Source: Euprymna scolopes (lineage: Eukaryota). Taken from it: DNA of 64,000 bases. The translations under genes were made by a program, and so were the position numbers. The stretch's first letter is position 1, and each line of letters begins with the position of its first letter. The notes under the pieces are model-generated. The model was not told the DNA's origin. It did not search any database and was given only the letters and a program-made list of their open reading frames with translations. Location of the stretch: the NCBI GenBank assembly GCA_053919585.1, contig CM132819.1, one strand, 5' to 3'. Positions 28,136-38,901 of the stretch are shown in pieces.

Positions 28136-28820
28136 GACGAAGTAATGGAGTAAATATTTATTTTCGTAAAATACATTAAAAAATATTTTAAGAAAAATTT
28201 GGCACAAGGCCGAAAATGGGGGAGGGGGAAGGGCGGTTTTCTCTGTCTAAAGCTAACTAATCTAACCTAACTAGTTCCTACATTCACTCTACTTTCACCA
28301 CAATACCACATCCATACTATACATCAATCAGCGTATACATCCTTCGTCATTCACCATAAGAACATCATACCATGATAAACTAATTAAAACCCATGAGAAA
28401 AAGGGGGGGGGTTCGGGATATAAAAATTTTATGATACAAGATAAAATGGAATATATACAATGTTAGTAACAAAAGTCCCCCCTGTTGCTGAACTGTGGCA
28501 GGTGCGCTGATTCGCCAGTCGAAAAGGTATGCGGATCCGACCGCTTTATTTTATCACCTCTTACGAAAACCCTAACCCGCATCTCTGGCGAATCAAGCGA
28601 TCTGTCACTCAAATTGGGAAAGGGGAATGGGGCTAAAAAAATTAAAAAAAAAAAAAAAAAAAAACGGGGCAAACTTAAAAAGGGCCTAATTATCTCTATC
28701 ACACACTAGTTAGGTCACAAGAGCCTAGAAAATGGTCCTAATCTTGCCTAAATCGTGACCTACTCTGAACTTTAAACGAGTCAGGGCTTACGTTCGTTTT
28801 TGTTACCCAAAATTCTTTTC

Positions 28821-31800
28821 CTAAGGGACATCCAAGAACAAGTCAAGACTTGCTTCTCTCACCTGACACACACGCGCAACTGACACCCACCTTTCAACAA
28901 AATCTGACGAAGAGAGTCTAACTCTCTCGGCCTTGATACGACTCTTCAAATGATAACGGGGGATTCGTATAAGGTCGAGGGGATCGAAGTCCTCAGATCC
29001 GTACACCACTCTCATACGTGTGTTCCAAATGACAAGTCTCATTACTGCTAGCAAGGTCAAACACAATTCTTTTCTAATCCTATCCGTTGTCGGAGCCTAA
29101 TTGCTACATACCAAAGTGAGCGACGATATGTTTAGTATGCGGACCATGAGACCTGTAACAAACTCAATCAGCGGCACCACGATGCGACAGTAGACGAAGG
29201 CGTGGCATAAAGTCGCGACATCATCGCCGCATCGTTTGCAAATAGGCGAAACCGCCAAGCCAGCTGAGTGAAGTCACTTACCGATCCAGAGAGCATCCCG
29301 AATTACCAGCCAGGTCAAGGATGCCTCGTCATTAGTGAGGCATCCCGACCCAGGCGCCCAAGGCCAGATTGAGCGAAGCGGTCCCTTCGTCAAAGGGAGC
29401 CCCTCGCCAATAACATCCCTTACGGATCCCCTCACTAGCACCCGATATAATGCCTTTCGGGACAACAGCAGAGCGTTGAAGAGGCTTTCCTTAACTCTTA
29501 AGAGGAACTTCAGCGCGCGCCGGCACTCGCGGTAGAAGGTGCATTCACCTCGGGGCAACCTGTGTGCCCCCCTTGGACTCGTGCCCCCCTCTAAAAGCCG
29601 GAAAGGCTTTCTTAGTGTCCTCCATTCAGAGGGCACCGTCTTTCCTCTCCTGTGTGCACATTGGATCTAGGTAGTAGACCCGTAATGTGTGGAGCCGAAT
29701 CTCCACGTTTGGCATACCTAGACCGCCTTCAGAAGGATGTAGGTAGCAGACATCGCGACAGATGATGGGGGCCTTTCCAAGCCATAAAAAATTGAAAAGA
29801 GCCCTGTGCAAATATAGCAGTGTATCTGACGGAATTGGAGGCACTGATAGACGATAAATGAAGATTGGATAGATGTGGGTATTACACACCTCCGCTCTCC
29901 CCTTTAACGAAAGGTTTCTACTGATCCACCGCGCAGCTGCGGATCGGACCGCTTTCAGAACCTCCGACCAATTTTTCTCCAGCTAGAGGTCAGGACCAAA
30001 CCAGACGCCGAGTATCTTGCAAGGCCCGTCGCTCCAACTAAAGGATCCCTGAAGGGACATACCCCTTCAGGCACCGATGCGCAAACCCGAAGACTTGTCG
30101 CAGTTAATTTTGGCCCCTGTTACCGTTTCATACAATCTTATTTCTATACCGACGACACTAATCTCAGCACTGCTCGTTACAAGCACAGTTACGTCGTCGG
30201 CATAGGCGGAGTACTTTATCTGGGTATCCGCACCTGGCAAAGTGATTCCGCGTAGGACCGGGTTCACCTTTAGCTTGCGCAAAAATGGCTCTATTGCGAG
30301 GACGTACAGCATGGGTGATAACGGGCACCCTTGACGAATTAAACGTGACAAATTGAAGGGTCTCGACCTTCTCACATTTACTTCTACTATCACCGTGGGG
30401 TAAGCATAGAGCAGATGAACCCACGAGCGAAATCGCGGGCCAAAACCGGCCGCCGACAAAACAGCACCCAAGTACCGATGGTCAACCCGATCGAAGGCTT
30501 TGGACTGATCTAAATTGATCAGCGCGGCCTCAGTGTCGACTTTTTCTATCATCAGGCATATCGTGTGCAAGTTATCCTGGATTTCCTGTCCTTCACGGCA
30601 CACGTTTGCTCGGGGCTAATAAGACGATCCAGGACAAGCTGCAGACGATTTGCGAGAATCTTGGCCAAAATCTTTAACTCCGCGTTAAGCATCGTTAAGG
30701 GCCAGAAATTACCTAACCCATTCCCACCATCTTTGCTTTTACGAACAAGTTTTATCACGCCCATGGTAAAGTACTTGGGGATTGAGCCGTTCCTAAACCA
30801 TGAGTTAAATAAAAAAATAAAACCGTCAGCAAAGGGACAAAGATGTGCGACAACATCAAATACACTTCGTAGGGCAGACCATCGATCCCCGGAGACCTAT
30901 TAAGGCCGACCCGCTTTAAGGCTTCAATGACTTAATCCTCCGTTATACCACCTTCGCACCTAGCCGCTTCGGTTGTCGAAAGACGAGAAAAGTCAGCCAA
31001 ATAGGTGACGAACTGTTCTAATGACAGACCGGGTTCCATGGAAAAAAAACTCCTGGAAATGAGATCTAAACGCCTCCAGCACACCCTGGTTTGTGATCAC
31101 GGTACGCCCGTCCGGCAATGTGACACGAGCGCAGTTCAGCGGCCATGTTTGTTACTTCCTGGGGCATTCTTTTTAACCTAGCCCTAATCGCTTAAGCTTG
31201 GTGCTCCTTTTCAGTAAGGGAGGCTAGCTGAGCCTTAATTAAATTAACGCTAGCACTATCCCCCTCTTCCACCGCCCGATCTAATCTAGATTCTAGCGTC
31301 GCTTTAGCTGACCTAGATTCTAGGTTGAGTCTTTAGCTAAAATTGGCAGAAAAAGACCTAATCTTTTCCTTAATTTTTACCCACCACCTATTCTCTATAA
31401 TTGCCCCCGTCAGTTCCCGCTGTATGGTTAGTAATAGCCCTTCCCGGAAGCCCTTCACATCGAATAACGACGTGTTGAGCTTCCAGTAACCGGCTAATCT
31501 AGGCTTAGGTCTATCTAAGTTTATTCGTACACGGACAAGTCTGTGATCCGAGTAAACTATGTTGTGGAAACTTGGCCAATTAAATACTCCTACATCGACT
31601 CGCCTAACTAAGAACCGGTCGATATAGCTCGAGAACTGTACAGGACCGGAGCCGCGTCTACCTGTCCAAGTCCACACTAAGTCACGGGGCTTTTCATTTC
31701 GGAATTTGTCGATAAGATCAAACTTATCCACAAATTCACGAAATAAAACAGCATCCCGATCTTTTAGTTCCCCTAGAAGGTAACCCAAATCGATCTAACT

Positions 31801-32240
31801 CGGGATTCAGGATCGCGTTCCAGTCTCCCGCTAAGATAACCGTTCGAGAAGTATACATGAACTGCTTGATTCGCCGAAAAAAGGCAGCCAGCTCAACGTG
31901 ACTATTGGGCGCTTACATCCCAATAAGACGTAATGCGCTACCCTTTATGGTAACATCCAAAACGCATAGTCTTCCCTCCGGATCCATGTAGCACGGGTCA
32001 CACGACACATCTAGAGACCTTTTAATTAGCCAGGAGACCCCTCTAGAGTGAGAATTAAAGTACGCTGAATAATCCTTAAAGGTGTTATACAGCGACCGTA
32101 AATGGTCACCAGGAATAAAATGGGTTTTCATGCACACAGCAAATATCCCCTCCAAGGTGCTGCAGGTCCAAACTCAAGTGCCATTTTCGCGAGTCGGCCC
32201 TTAGCCCTCGGACATTCACACTAGCAAGCTTTAGATCCAT
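28821..32240 (-). pseudogene. LINE ORF2: APE endonuclease, reverse transcriptase and C-terminal zinc finger (frameshifted)
   Basis: Starts MDLKLASVNVRGL. APE motifs LAGDWNA, SYIDRFL and SDHR, then YWKLNTSL. RT motifs WPLTMLNAELKILAKILANRL, LDQSKAFDRVDH, IRQGCPLSPMLY and YADDVT. Also HPSEGGLGMP and C-terminal CKRCGDDVATLCHAFVYC. Confidence 0.95.
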
Positions 32241-32255
32241 GATTGTACCTTAGGG

Positions 32256-34043
32256 TTAGGAACCAGAAACGGACATCGCGGTCGTAAGCGTGCCGACGGC
32301 TCTCGTGAGGGAATAGGTACCCATCTGACTGTCGATGAGTCCGTCACGAGAGATACCGCCAACATGCAAAGGATAGGTTAGTTTTGCTATCTTATACAGG
32401 GAAGGGTGCATTTTAACCGGGACCCTCCCAATGCAACATTTTTTTAGATATTTTATATCAGAATCCTTAAAAACAACTAGGGGAGGGGAAACATTAAAAG
32501 TCGTGTTTGCTTCTTCAAGCATTGACCACAAGTCCCTTGCTTCTTCCTTTTTCCTAATTACTGTAAGGACTCTGTTTGCCTTGGGAAAGTTTGTGGGTAA
32601 ATCAATAAGTTTCCAACCTACCTCCTTTAATTCGATCAGTTTGATCATGTCTACTCCTTTAAAGTGTTTATTATTATTTAAGGCTGAATTATTAATGATA
32701 GAAATGTCTTATCCAGGGAGGTAGAGGGTGTTTTTCTTGTCAAGGGAGGGGCTTTTCTCAATATCCATAGCAGTATGTATGTTGGAGGATGGTTTTTCAG
32801 GGGAGGCAGCGGGAGTAACCCAGGTGGAGGGAACAGGAGAAGATGGTTTACTGTTTTTTTTCATTGGACTGAGGGGAATAAATTTGGGAAGTTTTTTGGG
32901 GGAACAGGAGATGTGACAGGTGGGGACATTCTGACTGGCGAGCGAGTTTTTGATTTTGTGGGAGACTGTGTGTTAGGATTGGCAGGGAGTTTAGGGCTTT
33001 GTTTTGGGGGAGGGGGTTTGCAATTTGCAGGGGGAGGGAAAGGGACCGTTTGCTGTTGTTGGTCCTTGGGCATCAAGTTGTTTTTAAGTTGGACGATCTC
33101 AATATGCTTGGCTTTGCAGGGATCATTTTTTAGCATCGCCTCCTCTCTCATATATTCAAGACACAGACGGCCATGAGTTTTCTTACCGGTAGCGATTTGC
33201 CAGGGTTCTTCTTGAGTATTCTATCTGGGGTGTCATTATTAGTCTTTTCGTGGGGGAGGGGGTTGGATGGTTGAATTCTTAAATGCTGTCCTATTCTTGT
33301 TTTTGGGTTCGAAGGGAGTTTCTTAAGGGGGCACTCTGATGTGAGGTGACCAATCTTACCACAATTCCAGTAGGTTGGCCTCCTGCCTGCTACAATAATA
33401 GGGATTTTCTCCTCCCCTACTTCGAAGAAGAATGGTATATTTGTGAAGTTTTCTTTATCTAATAAGATATCGAATGACCAGATGCCGTGAAACTCATCTA
33501 CTTGGATGGATATTATTTCACCGAATTGGAGTAGAAATGCGCCTATATGTTCCCCTTCTATATAATGTGGAACGTGGAAAACGGAGGCAGTCGTTCTCCG
33601 TTACCCATATATTCAGTTCTAAGTACATAGTTTTGTGTAATGACTTCTTTTTGGGATAACATTAAATATTCCTCCGTAGAGTTGAACAAAGCACTCCCTG
33701 TGTTGTACCCCTTACATTTTATAATGTGTAGGGGTCTGACGCCAGTTTAAGCCAATAAATTTATGATGATATCTGCTGTAGCTCTTATTACTTTTTTGGA
33801 TTTCCGATCCACGATAAACAAGGTCAAGCATCTCTTTTGTATTTCTTGCAGTTTGGGCAGGTTTACGATTAGCCCTTTTCCTGTGACGTAATCCATGCTT
33901 TGTTTCGCTTTCTCTACAAAGTCTTTGACGTTAAGTTCTACGTTTAGTGGTTTAATCCAGCTTGCCGCAGAAGGTGTAGTATCTTCCGCCTCCATAGTAT
34001 CCACCACCACTGGCGTCTGGCTCGCGCAAGCGGCCATAGCCAA
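32256..34043 (-). pseudogene. LINE ORF1 (gag-like nucleic-acid-binding protein), disrupted
   Basis: Minus-strand fragments 33747-34043, 32861-33151 and 32256-32648. Zinc knuckle GRRPT(Y)WNCGKIGHLTSECP near 33330-33390 (first Cys mutated), followed by a Pro-rich low-complexity linker. The stop lies 16 nt before the ORF2 ATG. Confidence 0.85.
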
Positions 34044-34242
34044 ACCATTATAAAACGGTTAAAAAGTCCGGCAGAAACGTATAAAATGTCGGGAAAAAAT
34101 GTCACAGCAAGAAAAATAGGTAGCAACAATAACAACAAAAATGACAACAGAAATAACACGTAGAAAAGGGAAGAGAAACGCAATAATAATATTACCTTGC
34201 AAAACACCTGACGTATAATGAGAAGGACGAAGTAATGGGGTA

Positions 34243-34612
34243 GTTATTTAATTGCCGCCCGCATCGGCAATATTTGGCACAAGGCCTGGAAAGTGGGAAC
34301 CCCGCAGGCTCCCCTAAAGGAGGGGAACTCCTGCAATTTTAAAAATTGGCCGAGTAACTCCGTCGGCATTCCACGGGCAGGGCGCATCAGGCAGCAAGCA
34401 ATAAACTTGCCCCACGTGAAAGCCCGGTGGCAAGGCCTGGGAGGGTGGACCTCCTAGGTATTACCCAGGCGGTGTACCTCAGTCCAACAGGTGATGGGCC
34501 GGTTCCCGGCCCCTCACCTGTTGGGCTGAGTATCAAGTGACGAATCCTTGACTTGTAATACCCTGTCTCCCTGCAGCCGAAGAGGAGGACACATCCCATC
34601 CAAACAGTGTTT
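34243..34612 (-). mobile_element. ~370-bp GC-rich hairpin-rich unit, copy 2 (candidate Tx1-dependent SINE)
   Basis: Homologous to 27774-28135. Contains the near-perfect hairpin ctcagtccaacaggtgatgggccgg-ttc-ccggcccctcacctgttgggctgag. Its minus-strand 3' motif ggccttgtgccaaat is identical to the LINE 3' motif. Confidence 0.65.
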
Positions 34613-34904
34613 TAATGGGGTATACTCCCACACGATCGGACGATTCTATTTATAAACAATGCTGCTAGGAACTGATGAATCGAATTAATTCATGTTCTGC
34701 TACCAACCAATCGGAAACCAGAACTGCTCCATAAATATTAAACCTTTTTCTGTAGCAATTTCGGATGTTTTTTTCCGTGTCGACACGGTAAGAATCTTTT
34801 GCTCTGTGGAACTCTCTACTGCAAACCAGTCACCTCTCAAGACTTGTTTAGAACAACGAACCATCGGAAACTGTCCTGAAAGTAAACATGGCTTACACTC
34901 CTAG

Positions 34905-35001
34905 TAACCTCCTGACGAAGGCTAGAGAAATAGTTGGCTGAAACGTTGTGAAACAATATCTAACGATGAGAATAATAATCTGCAATAGATAAATTAATAA
35001 A
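34905..35001 (+). mobile_element. terminal arm of the hammerhead-like inverted-repeat family
   Basis: cctgacgaaggctagagaaatagttggctgaaacgttgtgaaacaatatctaacgatgagaataataatctgcaatagataaattaataaa is a close reverse-complement match to 27367-27460. Confidence 0.65.
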
Positions 35002-35702
35002 CTATGGTAATATGATTATGTAAAGAAAATACAAGAAACGAGTAAAAATATCGAAACACTTGAAAGGTTTAATCGATATGAGAATTTGGGTGAACGGTTA
35101 AACAGTTGTGTGATTGCCGAACTCCGGGAAACCGACTCTGGCCCACCACTAGAATATCGCTATAATTCGTCAATTTACAACTTTTTACCTCCCTGTTCTC
35201 CAATGTGATGGGCATTAACTGACCCAATTTGCACTATCATACATATGAGACTTCCAATTTGGTTTCCGGCACCGAATTGTAACATCGATAGTGATCACAT
35301 TAGATCGCACTAAACTCACAGGGTTACATTATTGAAAATAGACACGAATGGACAACAGTATTTTCTCTAAATGCAGATACATAAATAATTACAACTATAA
35401 ATAAATATTAATCAATATTTGCTATATTATTTTACTAAAATTAATAAGTATTTCTTCATAAACATTATAAAACAGAAAAACGGTAGTTACAAATACTAAG
35501 GTATACACTCGAAGTCGCTATCTGATTTGAAGCATAATTAATGATCGTCTGTATCTGTAATATTTGACATTGAAAACCATACAATATTCGGCATAAAAAA
35601 CCCTAATACAAAATCAGATAGAAAATATTATAACCCGAGAAAAGGGGCATATTCTGACTATATTTTAGAATTGAATCGTACGTAAAATAATCTTATACTA
35701 AT

Positions 35703-35753
<51 letters not shown>

Positions 35754-36249
35754 TATTTGCGTGTATGTGTGTATGTATATGTACATGTTTATCTGTGTTT
35801 GTGCGTGTATATGTGTATAAAAATAATTGCAATATGTATAGTGAGAGAAACGACTTTTTTATATAATAAAGAATCTTTAAATACAACGGGTGACATTAAA
35901 GAAACGAAAATAATATTTGCAGTAATATTTATTTAATTTAATTTTTTTTTTGCTTGGTTATTTTCAAAATTGCCATAATTATATTTCATTTTTATCAGAG
36001 AAATAGGGGAAAATTCGGTGAAAGTGTTGAGTTTTAAGACTATGCAACGGGTTCTTCTTTAAATACAATGATAGGTACGAGAAAAGGATTTACATCTTTA
36101 TAAAATAAAGTAATTGTAGTGTATTATTCGTTTCTTTGTGTGTTTATGTATCTATTAATTTATCTCAATATATAATATTTAGATTGCAGAAATTTCCCTC
36201 TGGACCAAAGCAAAGCGTTTTTTTTTTTTTTAATTTTAGATATTATGGC

Positions 36250-37450
36250 AGGTATTAGCTCAGGCTCACATGCATTCGAGGTGTCTAGATTTTTATGGCA
36301 ATACAAAGAATGGCATGGATGATTTCCAGGTCATTGATTGTGGCTACTGTCCACAAATGGAAATATGGGTGGGGGTTTTCTGCTAGATCTAAAATGGAAC
36401 GTTGGGCAAGCCGATTTGCTATTTCAGTCGCTGAGCATATAATCTCCAGCCTGTCGACTGTCCTTTAGTTTACTACATTCTTATAAATTTTCCAGAAACC
36501 ACGAGTTCCTAGTTTCTGCGATTCGATGCTCTCTGATGACTTCAGAATATCTTCTCTTGTCTGCGGTTATATCTCTCGTACAATTATTACTAATTTCTAC
36601 AAAAGTGTGCCTATTTGTATTGAGCGATTGCAGTTTCACAATCAGAACTAATCTATTGTGGAGAGTACGATGAGATAAAGTACTTCCATATAAGAACGTG
36701 TGCTTAAATTGCTGCTTTGAACTTGTTCCACAGGAAGAGAAAGATACTAATCTATGGGGAGTTCTTCGTGTGATCTCTTATGCCATCCCAGTAAGCCTTT
36801 TTATAGTATCTTTATGTTTGGAGTAATGGCTCAACAGCTTTGGGTCGAGAGTTTATGATGCTTTTTACAATGACCTCAACGTGGTCAGCATGGTCGAGTG
36901 GGCTATGGGCATTTGTTACACAATTATCGAAACTCTAATCAGAAATAGATTGAAACGTATTATTCTTAAGTAGCCTGTTCCTGTTTGACAGTGCTGTTAG
37001 TGTGTCTGTACTGATATAAAAAATCTGCAATATTTCTTGTTTATTTCGATCTTGAATCTCTTTATTACCAGTGCTTATATTTTTTTTTAATCCTCAGATT
37101 ACCTAAGTCTTTTTCTATGGTTTATGTTTTTCGTATGTCTTTGACGGCGTTGTGATTGCCAGATAGGCGTTTATGGAATTCAGATAACATAATTCTGGTG
37201 TGTTCTTTTATGTGTATGTGCAATGCCCTTACAATTCTACCGAAGTATATTTAATTGAATATTGCACATTATTTTTCATATACTGAATGCATACGATTGT
37301 ATACACATGTGTTTTATAGGGCAATTTGTTAGAATCCCGGAGTCGTTGCTTGTTAGAGTTTATTTCTGGATAAGTATTGTTTCAGCGTTGGCCCAGAGCG
37401 TGTGAGTTAGATATCTAATTTTTCTTTGCTAATAGCTTGCTGATATATTA
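36250..37450 (-). mobile_element. highly degraded RTE-like LINE reverse-transcriptase remnant
   Basis: Minus-strand fragments appear in the expected order: VYNRM (cf. K.YNRML), LSEFHK (cf. VDF.KA), NLFLI (cf. YLFII), LDHADHV (cf. LDYADD), then FKAAI..FLYGS (cf. LF.A...LLYGSE). Many stops and indels. Confidence 0.4.
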
Positions 37451-38045
37451 AATCATTAAATGTGTCTGTTTTCTAAACGTATCGAACTTTAACGCAATGG
37501 CAATAAAAAGGAAACCATAGGAAGAAGTGACCATAGCTAAAAATAAAGAGTATATATATATATAAAGCTACGAATGTCAGCATATTAAATGGATATTTAA
37601 TCGAATATGATGAGAATAATTTTTCAAAGAACCAGATGGGTAATTATTTTTGTAAAAAAAATCGGGTGCATTAATCTCGCTAAACTCCACAAAACGAAGA
37701 AAAAACGCTCTTTTCGATTATATTTCATCTTTGAAAACAAACACTTGCCATTATTCAAAATGAACAATACCATTATTATAAACATGGCATTCACGACTGG
37801 ATCACTATTGTGTCGCTGCTAGTTTTAAATCAAAGCTAACTAAAAGCAATATATTAGAAAATACATAAAATGCAAAGTAGACAAAAAATAATATAATATG
37901 GAAAACGCAAAGAAAAAATACCCAAATGATATTCTCTGATTATATTCAAAACCAATGAACTGGAAAACAGATTTCAAATAATGTTTTATTGTCTCTAAGA
38001 AATCCACGACATCGACGAAGGAACTATATGTAAATATTGGGATAT

Positions 38046-38115
38046 TTCTAAAAGGTGGGAGAGGAAATTCTATAAAAATTCTAAAAGGTGGGAAAGGAAA
38101 TTCTATAAACATTCT
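38046..38115. repeat. 33-bp tandem duplication
   Basis: ttctaaaaggtggga(g/a)aggaaattctataaa(a/c)a occurs twice. Confidence 0.85.
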
Positions 38116-38783
38116 TAAATATCAAATTTGTGGAGTGCAAAATCTTATTACTATTTTTATTGAAACAACCGAAATCATTTCGATAACGAGATTTCACAAT
38201 CGAACGGGTGCCGTCTTTATTCTGTCAGTACTAAGTCAGTGTGCTTGTCTGAGATTATAGAATGCAGAAATCTCCGACACACAAACACACGTATGTCTGT
38301 GTGTGTACATATATACATATATATTTCAACTTGCATTAAAAAAATGCGTAAAGAGCCAACATCTGATTTAAAAAATCGAAGATATGTGCATCATTTATCA
38401 ATCACTTTTTTATACTCAGCGGCACAGAAATTATTTTCAACATGAAAATCCATAGAACTTGTGAGAGATATACCTGCGTTAGCTACAAATAAAGTGATCA
38501 AAACATGCCGAAAGACAATCCGTTAATAAAGGAGTCCTATCCCAAGAACCAACAGTGAATATTCATATAGTTGAACAAGATACAGTTTTGTATGTTATTA
38601 TTAATGCAGTTCCTATTCTGTTTTCGCGTTTTTCTCTTGTTTAAACCATTTAACCGGGGTTATTACAACACTCTTTATACATTTATTTATATTTTTAGTT
38701 AATTCCATTCAGAGAAAATTCTTTATTTACGCTAAATTGAAAGCATCGATTTTACTATGATACTACACCCTTCAAAAGGAGTG

Positions 38784-38843
<60 letters not shown>

Positions 38844-38874
38844 TTGTGTGTGTGTGCGTGTGTGTGTATTTATA

Positions 38875-38901
38875 TTAGCAGCCTATCCGGCGTTGCCCGG
38901 T
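38875..38901 (-). mobile_element. Helitron-like 3' terminus (hairpin plus CTRR)
   Basis: Minus strand reads ccgg-gcaacg-ccgg ataggctgCTAA. A related end lies at 60942-60966 (minus gcaacgctgggttatcagCTAG). Confidence 0.5.

Larger units (their letters stand above)
28153..34225 (-). mobile_element. Tx1/L1-clade non-LTR retrotransposon, full length, decayed
   Basis: Two-ORF layout (zinc-knuckle ORF1; APE-RT-CCHC ORF2) and a ~670-bp 3'UTR ending ...aaaataaatattt. Flanked by a 17-bp duplication, GACGAAGTAATGGAGTA (28136-28152) and GACGAAGTAATGGGGTA (34226-34242). Confidence 0.93.

Noticed and set aside
28195-28216. U2 snRNA 5' end (Keno-type target)
   Set aside because: ttcggccttgtgcc resembles U2 ctcggccttttggc only loosely, and the U2 branch-recognition GTGTAGTA is absent.
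34455-34480. 5S rRNA gene, and nearby 7SL-like (gaaccggccca) or twister-like (gccggttccc) words
   Set aside because: Only 10-17 nt of similarity, and the surrounding sequence does not align to those RNAs.
27774-34612. LTR retrotransposon (the 380-bp direct repeats as LTRs)
   Set aside because: The interior encodes APE-RT of the L1/Tx1 type with no protease, RNase H or integrase. There are no TG...CA ends, PBS or PPT.
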